From the NCBI RefSeq assembly GCF_004010195.1, contig NC_057719.1:75017106-75072429 (forward strand): a DNA stretch of 55,324 nucleotides. The letters run 5' to 3'. The translations under genes and the position numbers were made by a program. The notes beneath the pieces were generated by a model. That model made no database searches. It was not told the DNA's origin and saw only the letters and a program-made list of their open reading frames with translations. Positions 1 to 12,131 of this stretch are shown in pieces (position 1 is the first letter of the stretch; the number at the start of each line of letters is the position of its first letter). Source of the DNA: Chiloscyllium plagiosum. Lineage: Eukaryota.

Positions 1-102
1 TTGGGGGTGGGGTGGGGTTGCGGTTTGGGTCAGAGAAATCAAAGCACGTTTATTGAGCGTTTTCTCTCTCTCGCTTTCTCTCTCCCTGCTTCTTCCAAAT
101 AG

Positions 103-292
103 AAAAGCCTTCCTGCGACCAAGAGAGGCAGACCGCTCTGGAGGAAAGCCGGCAGTATCCCCGAGATGGCATCTTCATTCCTGAGTGCGCTGGGGGGGGC
201 CTCTACAAACCCGTGCAATGCCATCAGTCGACTGGGTACTGCTGGTGCGTCCTGGTGGACATTGGCCGCCCCATTCCTGGAACGTCCGCCCG
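103..292 (+). CDS. SMOC1: SMOC1-like internal exon encoding most of the second thyroglobulin type-1 domain
   Basis: Pyrimidine tract plus AG at 101-102, donor CG|GTGAGT at 293. Manual translation: (E)KPSCDQERQTALEESRQYPRDGIFIPECAGGGLYKPVQCHQSTGYCWCVLVDIGRPIPGTSAR, with the QC and CWCV thyroglobulin motifs. Closer to recalled SMOC1 (CDQERQSALEE..QCHQSTGYCWCV) than to SMOC2. Confidence 0.95.
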
Positions 293-544
293 GTGAGTGC
301 AGCCCGAGGCTCCGGCCTACCTCAGAAAGGGCGGAGATGGTTTGTTTAAAAAAAATTAAAATGTTGGAGCTGGATCTGGTCCCATCTGGAGCGGCTCCAG
401 GTTTCTCATCGGACCCTCGAGAGGTTGTTATGCTTATCAATTCTCTCCCACAGGAGCCAGGATTGCTGACGTTCTTTAAAGTCTTTGACACCCTCTCTTC
501 ATGCATGAAACATAAATTACGACTAAAACACTGAATGGCGCAGG

Positions 545-990
545 GACATAGGAACAGGAGTACACCATTCAACCCCTTGACCCTGTTCTGCCATTCATTG
601 ATGGCCTGTGGTCTAACTCAATAAACCTGCCTTTGGCCCATATCTCTGAATCACTCCCCTCACCAAAAAATGGTTCTATCTCGGATTTAAAACTGACAAC
701 TGACCCAGCATCCAACTGCTGTTTGTGGACAAGAGTTCCCGACTGTTCAGGAGATACAGGCAAAAGTGAGTACTGCAGATGCTGGAGATTAGAGTCAAGA
801 GTGTGGTGCTGGAAAAGCACAGCAGGTCAGGCAGCATCCGAGGAGCAGGGAAATCGACATTTTCCTGAGTTTGTGCCTCCTAACATATCTTCTGAACAGT
901 CTGGCTCTACATTCGCACACTGTGCCCCCTAGTTCGAGACTCTACAACCAGTGGGAGTAGTTTATCTTTATCTGCCCTGCCTTTTTCTGT
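545..990 (-). mobile_element. Degenerate CR1-type LINE 3' fragment, interrupted by a PLE fragment
   Basis: CR1-like 3' tail (cataggaacaggagta..ccattcaacccct) similar to other copies in the window. Confidence 0.6.
761..862 (-). mobile_element. PLE-derived terminal-repeat fragment (family A), truncated just before the hammerhead
   Basis: actgcagatgctggag..gctggaaaagcacagcaggtcaggcagcatccgaggagcagg, shared with copies at 7.6, 12.1, 14.1, 21.2, 25.8 and 26.8 kb. Confidence 0.8.
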
Positions 991-1327
991 TGAAGGCAGT
1001 TGAAGGTTGGATGTGGTTTCTTCATGTTAAAACTAACACCTGTATCAAATTTGCACCACACCAACATGAGGCATTAGAATGCTTTAATGAGTTGTGTTGT
1101 ACTGGAAGGGACGGGTGAATTTGCTTTTGATCTGGCACTTCCTTCCCATTTGTACTGAAGAATTGGTTGTTCAGACACACAGATTTCCATCACTGTGATT
1201 TCCCCAGCTCTCAATAACCAGGAAAAACATACATGAGTTACCTGGACAGGAGTTTGGTGACTGGCACGAGATACGTGGACAGGAGTGCGAGTTCCTGGAA
1301 ACAGGCTGTGGGTTGTTATGTGAGATA

Positions 1328-2275
1328 CTGTCATAGTCACACAGCATGGAACCAGACCCTTCAGTCCAACCAGTCCATGCCGACTATGTTCCCAAACTAA
1401 GCTAGCCCCACCTGCTGTGCTTGGCCCATATCCCTCCAAACCTTTCCTATTCATGAACTTATCCAAATGTCATTTAAACATTGTAACTGTACCTGCATCC
1501 ACCACTTTCTCTGGCAGTTCATTCCACATACGAACCAATCTCTGTGTAAAAAAGAGTTGCCCCTAATATCTTTTTAAAACCTTTCTCCTCTCACCTTAAA
1601 AAATATGCCCTGTAGGTTAGAACTCTCCCACCCTAAGGAAAATACCCTTGTCATTCACCTAATATATGCCACTGATGTTCTATAAACCTCAATAAGGTCA
1701 CCTCTCAACTTCTTAAGCTTCAGTGGATTAAGTCCCAGTCTTTCCAGTGTATTTTTATACCTCAAACCTTGGCATCATCCTGGTATATCTTTTCTGAACC
1801 CTCTCCAGCTTAACAATATCCTTCCTATAACAGAGCGACAGAACTGAACACAGTACTCCAGAAGAGGACTCAACAAAGACCTGTACAACCTCAACATGTC
1901 ATCCCAACTCCTATACTCAGAGGTCTGAGCAATGAAGGCACTTTGTAACACAAATTTCAAAGGAATTTGTACCTGAATCCCTAGGTCTGTTTGTTCTCCA
2001 ACATTACCCTGGGCCCTGCCATTAATTGTATTAGTCCCGTCCATGTTAGTATTACCAAAATGCAATACAGTACCTTGATTTACCCAAATTAAACTCCAAC
2101 TACCACTCCTCAGCGCATTGATCCAGTTGATCAAGATGTCTTTGTAATCTTAGATAAGCTTCTTCAGTGCCCACTATACTGCCAATTTTGGTGTCATCTG
2201 CTAATTTACCTAACACGCCTCTTATATTCTCATCCGAATCAATTATATAAATGCCGAGCAAAAGTGGACCCAGTG
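1328..2275 (-). mobile_element. CR1 LINE 3' fragment with decayed reverse transcriptase C-terminus
   Basis: Minus-strand ORFs contain LGPLLLGIYI..LADDTKIG (RT ADD motif), LEYCVQF and MNRKGLEGYG. Frameshifted. Confidence 0.9.
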
Positions 2276-4104
2276 ACGATGCCTGAGATCTCACAGGAGA
2301 GGATGTGCCAGTGTTATGAGTTGCCTTAACCTTTACTGGCTGCTTGCACAGTTGCATTTGTTTTCACTGATTGAAAGTTGAAGCAATCTCTTCCGCGAAT
2401 GGCCCGTTATGTTGGAAAGATAGTGATTAATTTGATGATTGTTAATGTCTCTGTTGGTTTCTGCGCTTAATGACGTAACGGCCAGCCAACGAACAGATTC
2501 TGTCATTACATTTACTGATTGTTAGGCATCGCCCACTATATCGTAGGAATATCCCTTACAGCTACCTTGATGAGTAATTAGCAGATGCAGTGAATGGCTA
2601 GATCATACAGGTTTGGATAGCCCAATGTTCAGATTGATGCTAATCTTGTCTGTGGTAATTGTGACTGCTTCTAGGCTAGACAAAGGCAAAAGCGAGAAAA
2701 AAGCAAAGTTCCCATTCTGACAGAGTGTCTGAGTATGTATGATGCGTCCATGTGAATGAATGTGTATGTGGACGGTGGGCAAGGATGAGATTTGCTTAGT
2801 TGCCAGGCACACTGCAGTCAAATAACCTGGTGAAACTTGGTAATATGATCCACGCATTGAGGATAATTGCTGGGTTATCATGCAGAAATATAGTTGATGC
2901 ATGGGGAAACTCATAAAACACAGGCCAATGCCATCCAGGGGTCAGGGAAAGGAATTTGATAAAGGGAAAGGGGACATTTCATTGGACATTTGGGGAAAGC
3001 CTGTCACTGCTGAGGGTTTGAATAAACTGGGAAAGACTGTCAGATGGGATATTAGCCAAGACTGAGGAATTCTAGATTGTCTCCCAGAAGAATGCTTGTC
3101 ATACAAAATCAGTGATAGCTCAGTGATTTATTAAGGTTTCAGTATTGACATGGCCGTTCTAAGCTATGGAATGGCAGTTGAGATGTCCCAGAACATGGAG
3201 GTGGTGCTCAACTTGTTTTAAGTTCATTAAGAGTGGGGCACCTTTGACAGTGCTTGTGCAGGTTAGAATGCCCAAGATAATTTACAGATTCACCTCTCCA
3301 TTATTATTGAGAACATAAATGCTCATTAACACTCGAGCAGAGAGACTTTGTTTACAGCACTGTCTTCTCTGAGAATCTTATCGTGGGAGTGACTGGCCAA
3401 GTGCAGGAGCCTTAAAGAATGACCTTGCAGAAGATTAGCTATGTCTTTACAAAGAGGCATTTTCGCAGACTAGCTGATCAAAATAAAACTGGTTTCGGCA
3501 ACAGTGGCATCTAAGGTTTTATTTTACCAGTAGGATCAATTTCAGAATTTCCAATATTTCTTAGTCTTTTACTGGATGTGTGTGTGTGTGTTGTCTATGT
3601 GAGTACAAGTGTGCATATGAATGTGTGCGTGCATATACATGCATAATGTGCAATATTAGCACTAGTACTTTTCTTTCTGAGAGAAATGCTCTTTTAATTT
3701 GAGCCAAAATTTGATGTACATTACCAACAGTGGCACTTCGAGACAGTCTGCTCTGACATGACTTTGGATCCATTATGAAAATATTGTTTTATCTGTCAGT
3801 CGCAGTGGTTTGTGGTTATGTTAAAAGCTAAAAAAGCTGACAGTACTGGAATAGATTGGGCTGCTTTGTCATAACTAGGCAGGGGAGCTCAAACTTTTGA
3901 GTCTACCATTTTAAACCTCACCCACTTTAACAAAGCTCAGTATTGAGCCTGTGCACAAAGTAGAGTTGCTTCATTCTTCAGCACTGTCATATCTCAGCAT
4001 GATAAACTTGAAGCACTATTCCAACAGTAGCTCCAATGGCTGGACAGCCAGTGAGAAAGACGTTGCATCACAAAAGTCTTTTATCAAGCAGCATAAATAG
4101 AGAG

Positions 4105-4320
4105 AGACTGGGTGACACTCAGGGTTAGAACATTATCCTGTCACCTCTGAGATCGAGGTTTGAATTGACCTCAAAATGAAAATCTCCTCTCTCTCTGCAG
4201 ACAATGGGGGCTCGGTGTGAAATGAATTTGGGACAGACTCAAGTGTTTCCCTAGTTAGTGTAATTCCACAGCGCAATTCAACTCAGATCGCCGCTAAATT
4301 AGTATGCTCTTTCAAAGAGG
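4105..4320 (+). mobile_element. Old tRNA-derived SINE, LF-SINE-like
   Basis: gactgggtg..ctcag..tcacctctgag..ggtttgaat head and gtgtgaaatgaatttgg..cctagt..ccacagc body resemble the recalled LF-SINE consensus. Confidence 0.5.
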
Positions 4321-5708
4321 AGAGCTGGTGTAATAAAAAAGAAAATATTTACATGGGTAAAAGAGACACAGCTGTTCCAAGGCTAAGTTGGATGGTTGGG
4401 ACAAAGCAGACAGTGTTTTAATCTGGATGTAATCTGTGTATTAACTGATCTGGGACGACTCAAGTTACGTTACTTGAGTGCCACTAAGGGTAAGAAATTA
4501 TGCCTTCCCTTTCACATAGATCAGGATGGTCAGTGCTGAGATTGCGACAGGAATCACTACAGTTAGCCTCTGTGCTGTCAGTCTAGGGATACTGGGGAGA
4601 TCAGCAAGGATTGTCACTGCCTGTGGTTATCCAGTAATCAGTTGTGCTTGTGTGGCAGTGCATCAAGGGTGGGTTTGAACTTGATTTCCAAGGCTGTCCC
4701 ATAGTCGTTGTCAAGAGCTATGGAAATGTCAGGCTGCTGGGACATAAGGACCTTTAAACCAGAAAGCATCAGTGCTTCAGGAGAGCAGTAAGCAGGAGGG
4801 GAATTAATGTTCTTCTCCCAAAATGAAATGACCAGCAGACTTGAGGCAGTTAATTCTGCAGAACAAAAGCATGAATAACGCAAAGTACACCTTGGGATAG
4901 TTTTGATTTAAGCACACTCATGTAAAATGGCTGAAACCACTTATTTCACACTATTGCATTAATTCAAACTCTACATTTGTGGCATGTAGGTATTTTCTAA
5001 CCCAGCTGTTGAGGGATATTATTCCACATCTCTGAGAGCAGTTAACTGCACCACAAAATCTCGGTTTGTGGTCTGTCAGCAGAGGAGAATGAGCAATTAG
5101 CTAAGCAGGTATTTGGGGTTAGTTGATTCACTAATTGACTGGGTAGATTTAAAAGGGAAACGGGTGCGTGGAAGGAGCTGTAAGACTGAATAGTTAATAA
5201 ACTGTTTCCATGATCATACAGCATTGCCCTTTGAGAAGGGCACTGCTTGTCACTGGCCCCTCGGGTGTTTTCTTTCTTCCTGGTGGTGGGATATAAATAC
5301 AGATTTACACACTTGTTAGTTTTCACTGTGTCCGACACCTGCAAAAGACAGAAAAAGAAAAAAAAATGAAAAAAAAGAAAGTTCCAGAATGCACTTGGCA
5401 AGCATGCCTTACCCAATCCTGCCATGTCTTGCATTGGCAATTGGCATAGTCAGATAACCAGAAACCAATTGGCTTGGATTTGAATTGACATTGTTAGGAG
5501 AGGATTCTTGGCTAAATGTGAAGATTTGGATCTAAGGCTAAGATCTTATCAGGATTTTAATGATATGGGCTTTGGAGAGGTGAGCAGTAGGATTGCGTGA
5601 GATGTTCAGCAAGGCTTGTCTCAACAGTAAGGCCACTTCTCTGTATCTTGTCCACTTTTCTCAAGTGGTGTGGTAGGATTCTTACTAACCAATGGCAAGT
5701 TTTTACAT

Positions 5709-5850
5709 GATTAGATTAGATTAGATTCCCTACAGTGTGGAAACAGGCCCTTCGGCCCAACAAGTCCACACCGACCCTCCGAAGAGCAACCCACCAGACC
5801 CATTCCCCTACATTTACCCCTGACTAATGCACCTAACACTACGGGCAATT
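5709..5850 (-). mobile_element. V-SINE (HE1-like) 3' portion
   Basis: (gatta)n tail and ccctacagtgtggaaacaggcccttcggccc, matching the full copies at 12.8 and 23.1 kb. Confidence 0.8.
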
Positions 5851-6914
5851 GTTAAACAGCTTATTATCAGCCCAACCTAGCCATATAAAGCTCCCCAGCA
5901 CCAGCTGCAGGTACCCTTCCACCACAGGCATTGGCACTCTGCTTTCAGGGAGGCATGCAGGTGTAGACTGGTCTGGGAGGGCGCACCAGCAGCCAGCAGT
6001 GAATGGCTGCATTGGGTACAGGTACTACACAGGGAAAGGAAGCCATTACACAAGTGGACCCAGCCCTACAGCATTGCTCTCTCAGAAGGCATTCACCTGG
6101 TGCCTACCAGTATGCACTTGGCAAGCATCCTGTGCCCTGTCCTGTGTCTGGTTGGGGATGGCGTTGCACATGGCGTGTTCCAGTGTTCCTGGGAGGGGGT
6201 CATGGACTGTCCTTCATCTGTGTTGGGAAGAGTCTGGAGGGGGGAGGACAGTCAAGATCAGGGAGATGTGTCAACCAGTTGGGAGCTGGGTTGCGAGGAA
6301 CAGTGTTGGCAGGTCACTTGAGGGAGTGGGCCACAGTCATCCCACTGCCTTCATTCACAGACCTTAAGGGAAGGGGGTGGCCAGGAGAACAAGGGGGACA
6401 GTTTTAGTCACATGTGCGTGGCTCACGTGATACCCTTGGCAAGTATCACACAGAGAAATTAGGGAACAAGAGCATGAGAATCAACACAAGGAAAGCCTGA
6501 GTTGCATTCAACAGTTATTTTAGATGTGACTCAAAACATTATCATGCAATAATTGTCCTAAATGGAATAGTAAGATTTTCAAAACTATACAAGACATGGA
6601 AGGTCTGGAAGATAGTGATAAAGATCAGGCAGAAGGCATTGTACTAGTTAGAAGAAACTTCAGCCCAGTAATGAGCATTTTAGTCACAGCCTCATCCAGT
6701 TGCACCACTGTGGAAAGTGGATACATATCCACAATGCATGGAGTGGATTGGTTAATATGTTACTTAGATTCTTTAAATAATAAGGGCTGGTAAGGTTCAG
6801 GAATTTGCAAGTTCTTTCTGTTTTAGATTTGGGATGGCAATGCACTGAAAATTTGCACCAAGTAACCTAGAAGCCAGAAGGGACCTGTGAATGGATGAAA
6901 GTCACAGTTATATG

Positions 6915-7560
6915 GTGAGCCACTGGAAAGTACAAAATAGGGAGCAAGCTGATCTGTCCTCGAGCCTGCATGGACATCGAATATGATCATGGGTAATCTG
7001 TTTGTGTTTCAAGTGCCACATTCCTGCCTCTCCCTGATAACCATTGATTCCCTCACCTAGCAAGAATATATCAATCTCCACCTTCACAATATTCAATGAC
7101 CCCTGCCTCCACCACCTCCTGAAGCACAGTGTTCAAAGGTCTCATAAGCCTCTGGGAGATATTTGATGAAAAAGCTCGTCTGTGTCCTAAAATGGTGGCC
7201 CTCAAGTTTAAACAGGGTCCTCTAGTTCTGAACACCCCCACAAGAGAAAACATCTTCTGCACTTCCAGGTTATCTATTTGGGATCTTATGAACATCCACA
7301 CAATTGTTTCAGGCTCCATTGAAAGCAAACCCAATCTGTCCAACCTCGCTTCATAAGCCTACCTGTTCCTTTCAGGTTTTAATGTAGTAAATCTCTTCAG
7401 AACAGTCTCCAATGAATTTATATCCTTCCTTTAAGTAAGGGGACCAAAATTATTCATGGTATTTGAATGTGATCTCACTAATTTCCTCTGTAATCCATCA
7501 TTACTGTTATGTTTGATATTCCTCATAACAAAGGATAGCATTCCATTAGGCTGCTTAATA
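6915..7560 (-). mobile_element. Degenerate CR1 LINE fragment
   Basis: Minus-strand ORFs DRLGLLSME..FSLVGVFRTRG and LVRSH..FGP resemble the CR1 ORF2 C-terminus. Confidence 0.75.
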
Positions 7561-7622
7561 GAAACGCTGACTAAACAGTAGGTAGAATCCTTGGATTGCC
7601 AAAATGAAGTAAGGATACAGAA

Positions 7623-7800
7623 GTCAGGCAGCATCCGAGGAGCAGGAAAATCGACATTTCGGACCGGAGCCCTTCATCAGGAATCAGATTTTCTGATTCA
7701 TCGATTTTCCTGCTCCTCGGATGCTGCCTGACCTGCTGTGCTTTTCCAGCAACACACTTTCAACTCTAATCTCCAGCATCTGCAGACCTCACTGTCTCCT
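7623..7800. mobile_element. PLE family A fold-back element
   Basis: Perfect 32-bp inverted repeat, 7623-7654 vs 7701-7732, enclosing a hammerhead motif. Confidence 0.85.
7651..7684 (-). ncRNA. Minimal hammerhead ribozyme motif (family A)
   Basis: Minus strand attc-CTGATGA-A-GGGC-tccg-GTCC-GAAA-TGTC-ga. Helix III is ATGT (CpG-decayed ACGT). Confidence 0.65.
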
Positions 7801-8107
7801 ATGGATGCAGAAGACCAGACAATGCAATACAAATTCTGAAAGTGGATCTGGAAGACAGCATGGCCAATGGATAGATTGTGAACTTATAAAAAGAATTCTG
7901 ATCTTGTAGTAGCTTGATAAGAACAAGGACTATGGAACAAAGTGGGAATATCATGAGATGTAGAAGCCCTAATAATCAAGATGTTTTAGTCACTGGAAAC
8001 AAATCAGAAGATAAGTTGATAAAGACTAACAAGCAAAGGAGTTGGAGAACTGGGAAGACTTTGGCATTTACACTGAGGTACCAGGTAGGGGGCAACCAAT
8101 CTGACAA

Positions 8108-8195
8108 TCAATTTTCCTGCTCCTCGGATGCTGCCTGACTTGCTGTGCTTTTCCAGCACCACACTGTCGAATCTGATCTGCAGTCCTCCCTTTCT
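8108..8195 (+). mobile_element. PLE family A fragment without ribozyme core
   Basis: attttcctgctcctcggatgctgcctgac..ttttccagcaccacact. Confidence 0.75.
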
Positions 8196-8249
8196 CTGGG
8201 TATGTGCAGAAAAGGTACTTAAGGCTGAACCAGACTCGTGGCTTCAAAG

Positions 8250-8780
8250 TGAAAGTTAGGTCCGTGTTAACAGGAGTTTAGAGGAGTGGAAAGAGACCTC
8301 ATTGAAATGGATAAACTTATCTCGGTGCTGCACACATTGGATGCAGGGATGATGTTGCTCCAGGCTGTAGAGCCCAGAACAAGGGGTCACGGCCTCAGGG
8401 TAGGGGTAGAGGATTTTAAACTAACACGGAGAGAAATATCTTGAGTCAGAGGGTGGTGACCCTGTGATATTCTCTACCACAGACTGATGTGGAGGCCTAG
8501 GCACTGAATATACTTAAGAATGAAACAGATGTCTAGAAGCTAATGGTGCCACGGGATGTGGGTGTGTTGAGTCGAAGGGTGTGGTCCTGGATCCTCGGAT
8601 CCAGCATCCTCGGATGCTACCTGACTGGCTGTGCTTTTCCAGCACCACACACTTGGACTCGAGATCTCCAGCATCTGCAATGCTGACTGTCTCCCATGTT
8701 GAGGTGGAGGATCAGTCATGAATGGCATAGTAGGCTTGATGGGCCTAATGGCCTACTCCTGCTATTTTGTATGTTTCTAC
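8250..8780 (+). mobile_element. Degenerate CR1 3' fragment interrupted by a PLE family A piece (about 8600-8695)
   Basis: gagtttagagg..gacctcattgaa..agaacaaggggtcac..cagagggtggtga, ending in the tail gggcctaatggcctactcctgct. Confidence 0.65.
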
Positions 8781-8889
8781 ACCAGTCTTCAGGATGGCCA
8801 TTACATGAGCTTGCTGGGAAAGAATAATGGATGTTACCCCTTGCCTGGTAGGCTAAGAAGGCAAAAAGAATAATTAAAGGTGAGGCAAC

Positions 8890-8992
8890 GAGCTGCAGAT
8901 GCTGGAGATCTGAAACTGCTGCAGAAACTGGCAGCATCTGTAGAGAGAGAAACAGAGTTAACCTTTCAGGACCAGTGCCCCTTCTTCAGAAC
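8890..8992 (-). mobile_element. PLE terminal fragment (family C) with degenerate hammerhead
   Basis: Minus strand GTT-CTGAAGA-aggggcactggtcct-GAAA-ggtt-AAC. Confidence 0.6.
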
Positions 8993-9319
8993 ACTGACAG
9001 TTAAAAGTACCATATTTGTTGAAATAATACTTGTAGAATCAATAGACTGGCCTATTTGTCGAGTACTTTAAAGGAAATCTCATATTATGGAACAATCCAA
9101 GAAAGGTTTGCAGATGGAAGATCCTTTGAATCACCATTCCCACTGGGATAATATATACTCGGCAACAAGTGCTGCTGAGAAATGTTCAAGGATTGACCTT
9201 ACTGCTATGAAGGAAATGTTAGAAAGAAAGATTTCCAAAATAAAGTGATTTGATGCAAGTTGTCAAAGTGGTTGCAAAAAAAGCTTATTTCAAGGAATTG
9301 TTAGATATCCACAAAGAGG

Positions 9320-9782
9320 GGTATGAAGATTGGGTTGTGTGTTTGCTCGCTGAGCTGGAAAGTTTGTTTTCAGACATTTCATCACCATGCTAGGTACATC
9401 ATCAGTAAGCCTCTGTTGAAGCGCTGGTGTTATGACCCACTTCCTATTTATGTATGTTGGTCTGGTAAGGTGGATGATATCATTTCTGGTTCTTTTTCTC
9501 AGAGTTTGGTAAATGGGGTCCAAATCGATGTGTTTATTGATGCAGTTCTGGTTTGAATGCCAGGCCTCTAGGAATTCCTGTGCATGTCTCTGTTTGGCCT
9601 GTCCTAGTACAATGTGTTGTCCCAGTCAAAGTGGTGTCCTTCTTCATCTGTATATAAGGATACTAGTGAGAGAACACCAACTAGTCACCAAAAGACATGA
9701 CCCACTCTCACTAGTGATGAAGAAGGACATCACTTCGACTGGGACAACACATCTGTCCTAGGACAGCCTGAACAGAGACACT
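9320..9782 (-). mobile_element. Penelope-like element 3' end (family E): GIY-YIG endonuclease C-terminus, 3' UTR with hammerhead, and an inverted segment
   Basis: Minus strand LSLVSLYTDEEGHHFDWDNT/VLGQAKQRHAQEFLEAWHSNQNCINKHIDLDPIY (one frameshift). 9672-9782 is an inverted copy of the same region. Confidence 0.85.
9370..9408 (-). ncRNA. Minimal hammerhead ribozyme motif (family E), partly decayed
   Basis: Minus strand tta-CTGATGA-t-gtACC-tagcat-GGTgat-GAAA-TGTC-tga. Confidence 0.6.
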
Positions 9783-10186
9783 GTCACTTATACTTTAACA
9801 GATTACGAGGTAAGGTGAGCTTTTCTGGGTGTTTTGCTTATTTAGCAGAAGGATTCACTGCTGTGTCATAACAGTATCTGTCTGACCTAATGTCTTGGAT
9901 CCGAACTGAAAGCAAACTATTTTGGATTCCACCTTTTGCTTAAGTACGCAGTAACTTTGATTATGCCCCTCCCTTTCCCCACCATTAGGGGAAGCAGTGG
10001 GTACAGCTTCTTTTGTTGATTCAATTCTACTTTGGCCTGTTTTTGGTGATGGAATGATTCTGTACAGTCAGAGCAAGGTGTAATTAGCCCATCAAAGAGG
10101 TGTCCATTCTTCTGGTTGGAAAATTGGTAATTTACTTTTCCATCTTGTTCAACTCTGCAATGGAAGAAGCATGCAGTACCCTGTAA

Positions 10187-10280
10187 GGGTCTTGTGGTGC
10201 AGTGGTAGTGTCCCTACCTCTGGTCCTGAAGAGCCATGTTCAAGTCTGCTCTGCATCAGAGTTGTGCTATAACTAGTTGA
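10187..10280 (+). mobile_element. Short tRNA-derived SINE
   Basis: A-box-like gtggtgcagtggtag and B-box-like gttcaagtc. Related to the split copy at 38.3-38.7 kb. Confidence 0.55.
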
Positions 10281-10618
10281 GTCAAGATATGTGACTTTCT
10301 ACCACACAGGCATTTATAGTTGGACACTGTTGGAGAGGGGACTGTCAAGGGTGTGTTCAGGGAGACACTTTTCTGCCCCCTTAGCTCAGAATTCTTAAGT
10401 ACATGGGACCGACCCTATGTGTCCTTTAACCAGTGACATTTGAGGATTGAGAATGAAATGGATGGAGAGAGAAATAGGATGAATTGGAATCTATTAGGTA
10501 TATAAAGGGAAATGAAAGCTTGGGATTTCATAGGCTTGTGGTGAGGTGGGGGAAGGTGGTGGATGATAGCGAGTGTAGTCCTGGAGAGGCAATGCAGAAG
10601 TTTTGTCTTCCCTCTGGT

Positions 10619-10888
10619 CATCATAGAGCGATAGAGATGTACAGCATGGAAACAGACCCTTCAGTCCAACCCGTCCATGCCGACCAGATATCCCAACCCA
10701 ATCTTGTCCCACCTGCCAGCACCCGGCCCATATCCCTCCAAACTCTTCCTATTCATATACCCATCCAAATGCCTCTTAAATGTTGCAATTATACCAGCCT
10801 CAACCACATCCTCTGGCAGCTCATTCCATACCCGTACCACCCTCTGAGTGAAAAAGTTGCCCCTTCGGTCTGTTTTATATCTTTCCCC
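10619..10888 (-). mobile_element. CR1 LINE 3' end
   Basis: ORF RGNFFTQRVVRVWNELPEDVVEAG..FKRHLDGYMNRK. Confidence 0.9.
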
Positions 10889-10921
10889 AGGGTGGATGTT
10901 CACTTCCTAACCCTGCTCTAG

Positions 10922-11550
10922 GCAAGATGCTGTTAAACTTGAGAGGGTACGGAAAAGAAGTTGCTGAGGTTGAAGGATTTGAGCTACAGGGAGAGGCTGA
11001 ATAGGCTGAGGCTGTTTTCCCTGGAGTGTCAGAGGCTGAGGGGTGACCTTATAGAAGTTTATAAAATCATGAGGGGCATGAATAGGGTGAACAGCCAAGA
11101 TCTTTTTACCGGGGTAATGGAGTCTACACTAGAGGGAATAGGTTGAAAGTGGGAGGGGAAAGCTTTAAAAGGGACCTAGGGGTGGTGCGTGTATGGAAGG
11201 AGCTGCCAGAGGAAATGGCGGAGGCTGGTACGGTTACAGGTCTTTCTGCTATAATGCACGTTTCATTAATACGAATTCACATTAATTGACGAATTGGGTC
11301 AGTGTTTCTAAAGTGCAAAGTTTTAAAGCGTGTATTGGTTATAACGCGATTCCTGCCTCATTAGTTTAAATGATGCTGCTATTACATGATTTTCTTATAG
11401 CACGAGGTTGCACGAGAACGGAACTACCATGTTATAGCAGAACTGACTGTAGAAATATTTAAGAGGCATCTGGTTGGGTACATGAGTAGGAAGGGTTTTG
11501 AGAGAAATGGGCCAAATGGTGGCAGATTGGACTAGATTAAGTTATGATAT
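10922..11550 (+). mobile_element. CR1 LINE 3' fragment interrupted by a MITE
   Basis: ORF LSYRERLNRLRLFSLECQRLRGDLIEVYKIMRG. The element resumes after 11451, and its tail resumes near 11800. Confidence 0.88.
11237..11449. mobile_element. Tc1/mariner (Tigger-like) MITE
   Basis: Imperfect TIRs CAGGTCTTTCTGCTATAA / TTATAGCAGAACTGACTG, TA on both sides (11235-36, 11450-51), inserted in CR1. Confidence 0.8.
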
Positions 11551-11800
11551 AAGACCATATTACCATAAGACATAGGGGTGGAAGTAAGGCCATTTGGCCC
11601 ATCGAGTCCGCTCCGCCATTCAATCATGGCTGATGGGCATTTCAACTCCACTTACCCGCATTCTCCCCGTAGCCCTCAATTCCTTGTGACATCAAGAACC
11701 TTTCCAAGCCATGTATTATCTTGTAAGTTTCTATTAGATCTCCCCTTAATCTTCTAAACGCCAATGAATATAATACCAGGATCCTCAGCCGTTCCTCGTA
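11551..11800 (-). mobile_element. Second CR1 family 3' end nested in the CR1 tail
   Basis: Reverse complement of the 25000-25160 tail (ccataagacataggggtggaagtaaggccatt). Confidence 0.8.
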
Positions 11801-12131
11801 TGTTATATCTGGTTGGCATGGACAGGTTGGACCGAAAGGTTTGTTTCTGTGCTGTACATCTCCATGACTCTATGACCTGTAAACTGCTGACAAACAAAAA
11901 AAAAGTCAGTCAAATTAAATACACTGAATTTAGAGAGATATGGCAAGTGCTGACAAATGGAACTCGATTAGGTTGGACGAGTTGGACCGAAGGGTCTGTT
12001 TCCATGCTGTACTTCTCTATGACCTTAACATTCTTTTTGACAATATTTTATATTGTCCTGAGGTTGTGAAAAGCGTTATATAAGTACAAAGTCTTCTTTC
12101 TTTGATGAGACTGTTGACCTTCAATTCAGGT

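Noticed and set aside
39..572. ORFs 39..572(-) and 166..534(+)
   Set aside because: They are the antisense and an out-of-frame reading of the SMOC1 exon. The true frame is defined by the splice sites and thyroglobulin motifs.
5849..6407. Overlapping 172-aa and 134-aa ORFs
   Set aside because: No recognisable domain or splice context; likely a GC-rich repeat relic.
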